Part shown: positions 14,051 to 25,725 of the stretch, piece after piece
How positions within the stretch are numbered: position 1 is the stretch's first letter
Layout: the number at the start of each line of letters is the position of its first letter
Assembly (NCBI GenBank): GCA_964016885.1
Contig: OZ024743.1
Location: forward strand, 178,064,001-178,128,000
Source: Eledone cirrhosa
Taxonomy: Eukaryota
Reading direction: 5' to 3'
DNA: 64,000 nt
The notes under the pieces: model-generated
Databases searched by the model: none
What the model was told of the DNA's origin: nothing
The model's input: only the letters and a program-made list of their open reading frames with translations
Program-made: the position numbers and the translations under genes

Positions 14051-14097
14051 TACTCCGATGAAGTCAGCCTTGTGCTAGGATGAAACAATCGTAAGTG
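14051..14097 (+). ncRNA. Degenerate minimal HHR in the PLE C pLTR
   Basis: TACT-CCGATGA-...-GAAAC-AATC-GTA-AGTG; core U4 replaced by C and stem II weak. Confidence 0.5.
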
Positions 14098-14219
14098 ATT
14101 AAATGTTTTAAACAATCTTTGATTGTTATTTATAATGTAATTCGGCCCTGTAGTATACTTGTTATTTTACATTGAGCTATTTTCATACTTCTGGTTAGAT
14201 GACATTTAATATTACCCAC

Positions 14220-14300
<81 letters not shown>

Positions 14301-14404
14301 TGTATATATATATATATATATATATATTAGAAGAGGTAAATATTTATATTATATTTTTTTATTTATTTTAAAAAATTGGTTGAATTTTACTTGTTCTGCT
14401 TATC

Positions 14405-15554
14405 TTAATATATATCATAAAACAATACAACTGGTTTTCCACAAAATACATATAGTTAGCACCCCAAACAGTTAAATTGGGTTATACTAACATATAACCT
14501 AATGTTTGTTGAGTGAGATGGTTACCAGTCGCAGTTTAGCGTTAAGCTATCTCTGTTATTGTATTAATTATGTTACTCTTGATTTGGCCAGAGGTACTTA
14601 TTTCCAGGTACCTTATAAACATGACTCTCTGCATTTGTTACTGTTTTGAGATATGGAGGTTTTTTGGTTGTCACTTCTCTGCTTTTAGCCTAGGAAAAAA
14701 TATATATATGCGTGTGTAAATAATTACATGCATACATTTATTTTTTTTTATTAATTGAGTTCTTAACACGTGGAATAGATAATAGTTTTAAATAACTAAT
14801 TAACCCGCGTGTAATAAATATTTTACTCTTAATTTGGCCAGAGATTTACATTCCCAACTGCCTTTAAAGCGTAACCTTCAGTATTTGCTGCGGTGATGTG
14901 ATGTGGTTTGTGATTTTGGTATCACCTCTGTTTTTAGCCTAAGAAAATATCTATATGAGTGTGTAATTAATACACGCATACATTTATTTTTTTAATTTCA
15001 AGTGAGTTCTTAACACGTTGGATTGATAATGTTTTTGAAAAAATTAATTAACCCGAGTGTATATTATTTTTTTCTTTTCTCGTGTCGTGGTTGTCTCCCT
15101 TTCCCGCTTCGTGACGCTATGAAACTTCCTCAGTCAAAAGACTGCTGGAATTTCAAATTTGGCGGTCATTCGATGCGTGATGGACCAGCTGAGCGGACAC
15201 GATTTTTAACTGCGGTAAGAATTTTTTTCTTATTTCAAAGTTTAATGGGCTTCCACTGAAGATTTATAAGTGCCCACCTAAATATATTCTTACATGAATA
15301 TATGTTAGGCTTCTACATAAACTGGAAACATTCTCCCAACTTGTAGAAAACTTATAATGAAACAATTGTTTGGAAAGAGAGATATATTTTAACTTAATTA
15401 TATCTCATGAAATAATACAACTGGCTTTCCACAAAATACATATAGTTAGCACCCCAAACACTTAAATTGGGTTATACTAACATATAACCTAATGTTTGTT
15501 GAGTGAGATGGTTACCAGTCGGAGTTTAGCGTTAAGCTATCTCTGTTATTGTAT

Positions 15555-15557
<3 letters not shown>
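14405..15557. repeat. Composite duplication: ~160-bp direct repeats (14405-14567 / 15400-15557) enclosing a ~250-bp tandem pair (14573-14822 / 14823-15065)
   Basis: Repeated CAACTGG..TTCCACAAAATACATATAGTTAGCACCCCAAAC and TTACTCTT(G/A)ATTTGGCCAGAG. Confidence 0.8.
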
Positions 15558-15649
<92 letters not shown>

Positions 15650-15653
<4 letters not shown>

Positions 15654-15900
15654 GTTATTCCGTCGGAAAAGTCCAGAAAAAAAGAGTGCACTATGTAGGT
15701 TACAGAGCTTAATAGTTATGTAATAAACAACATAAGATAATTATTTCCTTTACCAGTGGTTTCTTGAAAGCAAAAGAAATTTGCTTTCACAATGAAAAAA
15801 TCCTGGTGTATTTATTGACAGTGGATTTTAAAAACAAAAATATAATCTATATGAAAGTGAGGCTGGAAAATGAAGAAGGAAAGGAAACAGAATAAATATA
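15650..15900 (-). mobile_element. pLTR of PLE family B (probable displaced 3' pLTR; HHR core deleted)
   Basis: Direct, highly similar repeat of 27935-28190; abuts (TA)n. Confidence 0.75.
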
Positions 15901-16230
15901 AAAGTAGATAAACACACATGCACACACACACACACACACACGCACACACACACACATATACATACACACATATATATATAGATATAGATATATATACACA
16001 TATATATACATATATATATACACATATATATATACACACACACATATATACATATATACACATATACACACATATATATACATACATATCCATACATACA
16101 CATTCACACAAATACACAAACACACACACATGCATATATATATATACATATATATATAGAGATAGATATATATTTCGTTTCTGAATTTGTTTAGCAAGAT
16201 TCTTTATCTGAAAACGTGTTGAAACCTATA

Positions 16231-16417
16231 TTGTTATACTTTGGGAGGGTCATGTTGCCAATAAGAAACACACGCACCAATTGCTGTCACTTCAATTTAT
16301 TATAATAAAGTTATAAATTTAGGAATTTATAAATTTCCGGTTGGTTGGTTGGTTGTGAAAGTAAAAGCAACTTGTGCGTGTATTTCTTATTGGCAACATG
16401 AGCCTCCAGGAGTGTAA

Positions 16418-16420
<3 letters not shown>
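16231..16420. repeat. ~190-bp fold-back with ~65-bp imperfect arms
   Basis: TCATGTTGCCAATAAGAAACACACGCAC / GTGCGTGTATTTCTTATTGGCAACATGA. Confidence 0.8.
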
Positions 16421-16479
<59 letters not shown>

Positions 16480-16491
16480 TTAATATAGATG

Positions 16492-16542
16492 AGATTCTAC
16501 AGGACTAGAACTGTTTCATTCATTAGAAATCATCAGGAATCT
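16492..16542 (-). ncRNA. Type I hammerhead ribozyme in the PLE A 3' pLTR
   Basis: Reverse complement of 20418-20468; sense to the PLE ORF. Confidence 0.8.
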
Positions 16543-17301
16543 GGGTATCAAAAAATAAATATGGTATTTATAGGTCTCTACAAGTGGTAGGAGAGGGTGG
16601 GGAGTTGGATGGGTGCAGGTCATTGGTTGATAGAAAAGGGAATTCATTAAAAGCTAATTCTACAAAGCTATAGTTAATTTTTATTTTTATTTATATTTAT
16701 TTATGTTTTTAGAGTAACAAAGGCAGACAGAATTCTATAAACAGGTTCCGGATGGCATACCATTCCTTGTCAATAAGTTTCTCTTAAGCTAACAGGTGTC
16801 TATAAAATCAGTGAGGGGTCAGTCAAGCTCGATAGAATTAAAGAAGAGGGAGATTCTTTAAAAGCTAAAGTCATTAAGGTTCTACTAAGTGACAAAGGTC
16901 TAGGGAATTCTGCAGACAGATTCAAAATACTGAGTGCATATCTTACTATTATCTTCGAACTTCTCTTAAACTAATCAACAATATGCCAAAATCAACAGAC
17001 ACATTCACAAAAAAACAAAAAAACAGAAAAACAAAAAAACACACATAAAAAACAAAAAAAACACACATACTCACTCACACACTTACGCGCAACCATAAAC
17101 ACACACACAAACACATATACACACATAAAAACACACACACATATATAAAAAATATATAAATATATATAAAAATATATATTCATGTACACACACATACATA
17201 CAAACACGAGTATACATATGTATAAATATCTATACGCACACACATACACACACATATATATATACACATATACATACACATATATATACATATACATACA
17301 C

Positions 17302-17338
<37 letters not shown>

Positions 17339-17371
17339 TATATATATATATATATCTCTATACACACACAT

Positions 17372-17433
<62 letters not shown>

Positions 17434-17570
17434 ACATACAAACATACACATACATACACAGACCTATACATAAATATACACATATATATACAGACGTATA
17501 ACGCACATATACACACACATATATACATACACATACATATACACATACATATACATATATATACATATAC

Positions 17571-17647
<77 letters not shown>

Positions 17648-17710
17648 CGCATACACACATACACACACCCACACACAAAATATATATACACACACACTCT
17701 CTCTCTCATG

Positions 17711-17741
<31 letters not shown>

Positions 17742-17789
17742 ACACACACACATACACACACACATACACATATATATACATATATATAC

Positions 17790-17844
<55 letters not shown>

Positions 17845-17935
17845 CATACATATATATACGCATATACACACACCTGCCCACACAATCATATACATATATA
17901 TATACACATACACACATATACATATATATATACAC

Positions 17936-17976
<41 letters not shown>

Positions 17977-17977
17977 C

Positions 17978-18021
<44 letters not shown>

Positions 18022-18025
18022 GCAC

Positions 18026-18056
<31 letters not shown>

Positions 18057-18101
18057 TACATATACATATATACATATACACACATATATATATATATATA
18101 C

Positions 18102-18153
<52 letters not shown>

Positions 18154-18229
18154 ATACATACACACATACATACATATACATGCATACATATATATATATA
18201 TATATACATACACACATATATATATACAC

Positions 18230-18262
<33 letters not shown>

Positions 18263-18398
18263 TACATATACACATATATATACACACATATACACACACA
18301 TACATACATACACACATACACAGACATATACATAAACATACACACACACATACACACGTATACATACATACATACATACACATACATACACACATATA

Positions 18399-18450
<52 letters not shown>

Positions 18451-18552
18451 CATACATATACACAAACACATACATACATATACATACAAAAATATACACA
18501 CATAAAACACATATACACACAAACATATATATATACACATACACATACATAA

Positions 18553-18589
<37 letters not shown>

Positions 18590-18785
18590 TATACATACAT
18601 ACATATACATATATATATATATATATATACATATATATACATATATACATACATACACATACATATATATATATATACACATATACATACATACATACAT
18701 ATACACAAACACATACATACATATACCTACATAAATATACACACATAAAACACATATACACACAAACATATATATACATATATAC

Positions 18786-18864
<79 letters not shown>

Positions 18865-19082
18865 TACACATATACACATATACAAACAAATATATACACA
18901 TACAAGTAAATAGGTACTCAATAAATATACGCATATACACAGGCACATAAAGACACCTCTACAGGCAGAAAATGTAGATACGAAAGAGGTACTCACATGA
19001 CCATAGTGGCCGTATTTCAGGTTGAGGAGGGGTGGGGGTAGGGTGGGGAGGAGGTATAGGGGCCAGTAGGGGGAGGTCGTTT

Positions 19083-20246
19083 TTAGCCATCGGGCTTTAA
19101 CACTGGCTTAAAGTGTTTGAATGTTGCAAAGTTCTTGTGCATGCAGTTCGGGCAGTGTTCAGAGAGTTTGTTCCGTAGCGGGCCCTTGGCGAATAAAATT
19201 TCGTAGCTCTCTGAAATACAAAGGTCGCAGCCCTTGTGTCCTCCGTTGTAAGAGCGCGCTTTCTGGAGTATTTTCCAATTAAGCGTGAAGGGGGTGGAGT
19301 TCCTTTTGAGGTCCCAAACGTAGGAGGCGAGTGTTGTTTGATTTGATTTATCCGGTCTTCTGAAGGAGTGGGTATGGGCATACCAGCGGGTCTTAAAGGT
19401 GTTGGAGGTCATGCCGATGTAAGTTTTTTTGCAATCCTCGGTGCCCGAGATGACATCGCATTTGTATACGATGTCATTTGTGAGGCATTTGTTTTCTAGT
19501 GGGCATGCTTCCTTATTTAGGCAATTACATAGAGCCCCAGTCCGGGGATTGGTTTCGGAGGTGGTTGGCTTATTTAGTTTAGAGTTGTGGTTGGCTATAT
19601 TCCTAGCTAGGTTAGGTGTGGTGGAGTAAGAAAGTCTTATAGTGTTCTTATTAAAGATGGTGTAGTACCTATGTTGTATGGGGAAGTGTAATTTCAGTAA
19701 AGTGAAGAAAATCCTAGCTATCGGAGTAGATACCTCTCTATTGAAGGGAGGGTTGTACCAGCTAATCTGCCTATGTCTATTCCTCCTCTGCAATTTTGCG
19801 GTGGTTTCTAGGTAAGTTATCTTATCTTTAAATCCGCTACGGGCTAGGGCGTCATTGTAGTAGGAGGCAGATGCATTAAAAATATTTTTGTTGGCGGAGA
19901 GGCCAGATATTCTAATAGAGACGCTTTTTACTAGGTTATCAGTAATGTTTTGGGGGTGGTTTGAATTAACATTAATATATTTAAGGGACTCATTAGGTTT
20001 GTGGTACGGGTAATAGAGGGAAGTATCTAGGTCGAGAGTGACATCTAAGAAGTTGGCCCTAGTCAAATTAGAATCTATAGTTATACTAAATCCTAGATTA
20101 GAGAAGAAAGAGCTTAAGTTTTTCCGAAACCCATCGGTGGTTCTGGGGCTAACATTATGCAGGGCGAAGAGGCCGTCGTCTCGGTATAAACCTCCAGTTA
20201 GGCCGGTAAAGAGGTTCTTCAGGTTATGTAGGATGTACAGGCCCAC
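19083..20246 (-). CDS. PLE RT (C-terminal part) + Cys-rich linker + GIY-YIG endonuclease, 5'-truncated
   Basis: [31 protein letters not shown], CNCx5Cx5C, IVY-x13-YIGMT..FKTRW..H, CDLCISE, CMH; the cysteine pattern recalls Naiad-type PLEs. Confidence 0.9.
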   Translation of the reverse strand: MGLYILHNLKNLFTGLTGGLYRDDGLFALHNVSPRTTDGFRKNLSSFFSNLGFSITIDSNLTRANFLDVTLDLDTSLYYPYHKPNESLKYINVNSNHPQNITDNLVKSVSIRISGLSANKNIFNASASYYNDALARSGFKDKITYLETTAKLQRRNRHRQISWYNPPFNREVSTPIARIFFTLLKLHFPIQHRYYTIFNKNTIRLSYSTTPNLARNIANHNSKLNKPTTSETNPRTGALCNCLNKEACPLENKCLTNDIVYKCDVISGTEDCKKTYIGMTSNTFKTRWYAHTHSFRRPDKSNQTTLASYVWDLKRNSTPFTLNWKILQKARSYNGGHKGCDLCISESYEILFAKGPLRNKLSEHCPNCMHKNFATFKHFKPVLKPDG

Positions 20247-20417
20247 AAAAAAACATAAATAAATATAAATAAAAATAAAAAATTAACTATAGCTTTGTAG
20301 AATTAGCTTTTAATGAATTCCCTTTTCTATCAACCAATGACCTGCACCCATCCAACTCCCCACCCTCTCCTACCACTTGTAGAGACCTATAAATACCATA
20401 TTTATTTTTTGATACCC

Positions 20418-20468
20418 AGATTCCTGATGATTTCTAATGAATGAAACAGTTCTAGTCCTGTAGAATCT
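20418..20468 (+). ncRNA. Type I hammerhead ribozyme in the inverted pLTR of PLE A copy 1
   Basis: AGATTC-CTGATGA-T-TTC-TAAT-GAA-T-GAAA-CAG-TTCTAGTC-CTG-TA-GAATCT: 6-bp stem I, intact core, stems II and III, GUA site. Confidence 0.85.
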
Positions 20469-20550
20469 CATGTATATTAAAACTGTTATACTCTGCTATG
20501 TATTGAGTACCTTACTTACTGTGGTTACCTCCGATTCAACCCGGAATAAC

Positions 20551-20613
<63 letters not shown>

Positions 20614-20618
<5 letters not shown>

Positions 20619-20802
20619 TTACACTCCTGGAGGCTCATGTTGCCAATAAGAAACACACGCACCAATTGCTGTCACTTCAATTTATTATAATAAAGTTATA
20701 AATTTAGGAATTTATAAATTTCCGGTTGGTTGGTTGGTTGTGAAAGTGAAAGCAACTTGTGCGTGTATTTCTTATTGGCAACATGAGCCTCCAGGAGTGT
20801 AA

Positions 20803-20807
<5 letters not shown>
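20614..20807. repeat. Fold-back at the duplication junction (chimeric left arm)
   Basis: CGTTACACTCCTGGAGGCTCATGTTGCCAATAAGAAA / TTTCTTATTGGCAACATGAGCCTCCAGGAGTGTAACG, in (TA)n. Confidence 0.85.
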
Positions 20808-20858
<51 letters not shown>

Positions 20859-20870
20859 TTAATATAGATG

Positions 20871-20921
20871 AGATTCTACAGGACTAGAACTGTTTCATTC
20901 ATTAGAAATCATCAGGAATCT
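20871..20921 (-). ncRNA. Type I hammerhead ribozyme in the PLE A copy 2 3' pLTR
   Basis: Identical to 16492-16542. Confidence 0.8.
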
Positions 20922-21491
20922 GGGTATCAAAAAATAAATATGGTATTTATAGGTCTCTACAAGTGGTAGGAGAGGGTGGGGAGTTGGATGGGTGCAGGTC
21001 ATTGGTTGATAGAAAAGGGAATTCATTAAAAGCTAATTCTACAAAGCTATAGTTAATTTTTATTTTTATTTATATTTATTTATGTTTTTACAGTAACAAA
21101 GGCAGACAGATTCAAAATACTGAGTGCATATCTTACTATTATCTTCGAACTTCTCTTAAACTAATCAACAATATGCCAAAATCAACAGACACATTCATAA
21201 AAAAACAAAAAAACAGAAAAACAAAAAAACACACATAAAAAACAAAAAAAACACACATACTCACTCACACACTTACGCGCAACCATAAACACACACACAA
21301 ACACATATACACACATAAAAACACACACACATATATAAAAAATATATAAATATATATAAAAATATATATTCATGTACACACACATACATACAAACACGAG
21401 TATACATATGTATAAATATCTATACGCACACACATACACACACATATATATATACACATATACATACACATATATATACATATACATACAC

Positions 21492-21528
<37 letters not shown>

Positions 21529-21557
21529 TATATATATATATCTCTATACACACACAT

Positions 21558-21617
<60 letters not shown>

Positions 21618-21756
21618 ATACATACAAACATACACATACATACACAGACCTATACATAAATATACACATATATATACAGACATATAACGCACATATACAC
21701 ACACATATATACATACACATACATATACACATACATATACATATATATACATATAC

Positions 21757-21831
<75 letters not shown>

Positions 21832-21971
21832 CGCATACACACATACACACACCCACACACAAAATATATATACACACACACTCTCTCTCTCATGCACATA
21901 TATATATATATATATATATACATACACACACACATACACACACACATACACATATATATACATATATATAC

Positions 21972-22036
<65 letters not shown>

Positions 22037-22127
22037 CATACATATATATACACATATACACACACCTGCCCACACAATCATATACATATATATATACACA
22101 TACACACATATACATATATATATACAC

Positions 22128-22170
<43 letters not shown>

Positions 22171-22171
22171 C

Positions 22172-22215
<44 letters not shown>

Positions 22216-22219
22216 GCAC

Positions 22220-22250
<31 letters not shown>

Positions 22251-22277
22251 TACATATACATATATACATATACACAC

Positions 22278-22349
<72 letters not shown>

Positions 22350-22425
22350 ATACATACACACATACATACATATACATGCATACATATATATATATATATA
22401 TACATACACACATATATATATACAC

Positions 22426-22458
<33 letters not shown>

Positions 22459-22594
22459 TACATATACACATATATATACACACATATACACACACATACA
22501 TACATACACACATACACAGACATATACATAAACATACACACACACATACACACGTATACATACATACATACATACACATACATACACACATATA

Positions 22595-22646
<52 letters not shown>

Positions 22647-22748
22647 CATACATATACACAAACACATACATACATATACATACAAAAATATACACACATA
22701 AAACACATATACACACAAACATATATATATACACATACACATACATAA

Positions 22749-22785
<37 letters not shown>

Positions 22786-22981
22786 TATACATACATACAT
22801 ATACATATATATATATATATATATACATATATATACATATATACATACATACACATACATATATATATATATACACATATACATACATACATACATATAC
22901 ACAAACACATACATACATATACCTACATAAATATACACACATAAAACACATATACACACAAACATATATATACATATATAC

Positions 22982-23050
<69 letters not shown>

Positions 23051-23268
23051 TACACATATACACATATACAAACAAATATATACACATACAAGTAAATAGG
23101 TACTCAATAAATATACGCATATACACAGGCACATAAAGACACCTCTACAGGCAGAAAATGTAGATACGAAAGAGGTACTCACATGACCATAGTGGCCGTA
23201 TTTCAGGTTGAGGAGGGGTGGGGGTAGGGTGGGGAGGAGGTATAGGGGCCAGTAGGGGGAGGTCGTTT

Positions 23269-24432
23269 TTAGCCATCGGGCTTTAACACTGGCTTAAAGT
23301 GTTTGAATGTTGCAAAGTTCTTGTGCATGCAGTTCGGGCAGTGTTCAGAGAGTTTGTTCAGTAGCGGGCCCTTGGCGAATAAAATTTCGTAGCTCTCTGA
23401 AATACAAAGGTCGCAGCCCTTGTGTCCTCCGTTGTAAGAGCGCGCTTTCTGGAGTATTTTCCAATTAAGCGTGAAGGGGGTGGAGTTCCTTTTGAGGTCC
23501 CAAACGTAGGAGGCGAGTGTTGTTTGATTTGATTTATCCGGTCTTCTGAAGGAGTGGGTATGGGCATACCAGCGGGTCTTAAAGGTGTTGGAGGTCATGC
23601 CGATGTAAGTTTTTTTGCAATCCTCGGTGCCCGAGATGACATCGCATTTGTATACGATGTCATTTGTGAGGCATTTGTTTTCTAGTGGGCATGCTTCCTT
23701 ATTTAGGCAATTACATAGAGCCCCAGTCCGGGGATTGGTTTCGGAGGTGGTTGGCTTATTTAGTTTAGAGTTGTGGTTGGCTATATTCCTAGCTAGGTTA
23801 GGTGTGGTGGAGTAAGAAAGTCTTATAGTGTTCTTATTAAAGATGGTGTAGTACCTATGTTGTATGGGGAAGTGTAATTTCAGTAAAGTGAAGAAAATCC
23901 TAGCTATCGGAGTAGATACCTCTCTATTGAAGGGAGGGTTGTACCAGCTAATCTGCCTATGTCTATTCCTCCTCTGCAATTTTGCGGTGGTTTCTAGGTA
24001 AGTTATCTTATCTTTAAATCCGCTACGGGCTAGGGCGTCATTGTAGTAGGAGGCAGATGCATTAAAAATATTTTTGTTGGCGGAGAGGCCAGATATTCTA
24101 ATAGAGACGCTTTTTACTAGGTTATCAGTAATGTTTTGGGGGTGGTTTGAATTAACATTAATATATTTAAGGGACTCATTAGGTTTGTGGTACGGGTAAT
24201 AGAGGGAAGTATCTAGGTCGAGAGTGACATCTAAGAAGTTGGCCCTAGTCAAATTAGAATCTATAGTTATACTAAATCCTAGATTAGAGAAGAAAGAGCT
24301 TAAGTTTTTCCGAAACCCATCGGTGGTTCTGGGGCTAACATTATGCAGGGCGAAGAGGCCGTCGTCTCGGTATAAACCTCCAGTTAGGCCGGTAAAGAGG
24401 TTCTTCAGGTTATGTAGGATGTACAGGCCCAC
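23269..24432 (-). CDS. PLE RT (C-terminal part) + GIY-YIG endonuclease, 5'-truncated (copy 2)
   Basis: Same 387 aa as 19083-20246 except one R/L change near the C-terminus. Confidence 0.9.
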   Translation of the reverse strand: MGLYILHNLKNLFTGLTGGLYRDDGLFALHNVSPRTTDGFRKNLSSFFSNLGFSITIDSNLTRANFLDVTLDLDTSLYYPYHKPNESLKYINVNSNHPQNITDNLVKSVSIRISGLSANKNIFNASASYYNDALARSGFKDKITYLETTAKLQRRNRHRQISWYNPPFNREVSTPIARIFFTLLKLHFPIQHRYYTIFNKNTIRLSYSTTPNLARNIANHNSKLNKPTTSETNPRTGALCNCLNKEACPLENKCLTNDIVYKCDVISGTEDCKKTYIGMTSNTFKTRWYAHTHSFRRPDKSNQTTLASYVWDLKRNSTPFTLNWKILQKARSYNGGHKGCDLCISESYEILFAKGPLLNKLSEHCPNCMHKNFATFKHFKPVLKPDG

Positions 24433-24602
24433 AAAAAAACATAAATAAATATAAATAAAAATAAAAATTAACTATAGCTTTGTAGAATTAGCTTTTAATG
24501 AATTCCCTTTTCTATCAACCAATGACCTGCACCCATCCAACTCCCCACCCTCTCCTACCACTTGTAGAGACCTATAAATACCATATTTATTTTTTGATAC
24601 CC

Positions 24603-24653
24603 AGATTCCTGATGATTTCTAATGAATGAAACAGTTCTAGTCCTGTAGAATCT
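24603..24653 (+). ncRNA. Type I hammerhead ribozyme in the inverted pLTR of PLE A copy 2
   Basis: Identical to 20418-20468. Confidence 0.85.
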
Positions 24654-24735
24654 CATCTATATTAAAACTGTTATACTCTGCTATGTATTGAGTACCTTAC
24701 TTACTGTGGTTACCTCCGATTCAACCCGGAATAAC

Positions 24736-24775
<40 letters not shown>

Positions 24776-24849
24776 TTACACTCCTGGAGGCTCATGTTGC
24801 CAATAAGAAATACACGCACAAGTTGCTTGTATATGTATATATATGTATA

Positions 24850-24913
<64 letters not shown>

Positions 24914-25415
24914 TATACATATATATACATATACACACACATATAATCATACATATATACACACTTACATATACACACATACATAAACACATATATATAC
25001 GCATTCATACGCACACACATATATAGATATATTTACACACACCTACATACGCACACACACACAATTAATTATGAGAAAAAATAATAATAATAAATAAAGA
25101 TAAAAATGATTATAAAGTTGACAGCGATACAGGAAAGGACACAAATAAATAAACACACGTGATAAGCAATACACACACACACATATATATATATAAGAAA
25201 ATACATAAATATTATATATATATAAAAATAAAGAGGTGGAAGGGGTAAACAAATAGTTGGGAATACGACAAATAGTAAATAAATAAATAAATAGATAAAG
25301 GTATAAATGTTTATAGCTGATTCAGAGCACTCAACAAATTCCTAGAGGAAATAATCAATGAAAATAAACATTAAATCACTCTGTATGTAATTATGCATAC
25401 AGATATATATAAAAT

Positions 25416-25507
<92 letters not shown>

Positions 25508-25725
25508 ACACATACATACACACAGAAATAAATATCTATAAATAAAAAAGGTGGGTATATAAAGGGTAAGGTAGAAAGTAGGGGGAATAAGGAAAATAAA
25601 TAACATAGGAAAAAGTTTAAATATAAGGGGAGATAAGGGAGAAAACGAAATAAGAGTACAGAAAGTGAGTTCAGAGAGTAATAAAAATCGTAGTGGATGT
25701 ATGGCGTAGAAGGCAGAGAAGAAGT

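Larger units (their letters stand above)
11330..14220 (+). mobile_element. Degenerate Penelope-like element C (RT remnants; 3' pLTR with decayed HHR), ending at (TA)n
   Basis: Broken frames give TLKDHK..F..NPTVRLICPSKSDIG, FIQFDI, GSSDSAQVTDLVGLYLL, GGLYRDG, HHKPNEKP..VDTNSNHP and FNPPF, collinear with PLE B. Confidence 0.8.
16477..20552 (-). mobile_element. Penelope-like element A, copy 1: 5'-truncated ORF, ~2-kb microsatellite-like 3' UTR, 3' pLTR (16477-16710) and inverted pLTR at the 5' junction (20246-20552)
   Basis: RT/GIY-YIG ORF; 20246-20482 is the reverse complement of 16477-16710; (TA)n on both flanks; an inverted pLTR at the truncation point is the classic PLE structure. Confidence 0.9.
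20856..24737 (-). mobile_element. Penelope-like element A, copy 2 (tandem duplicate)
   Basis: Near-identical to copy 1 with the same truncation junction; ORF offset 4186 bp. Confidence 0.9.
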
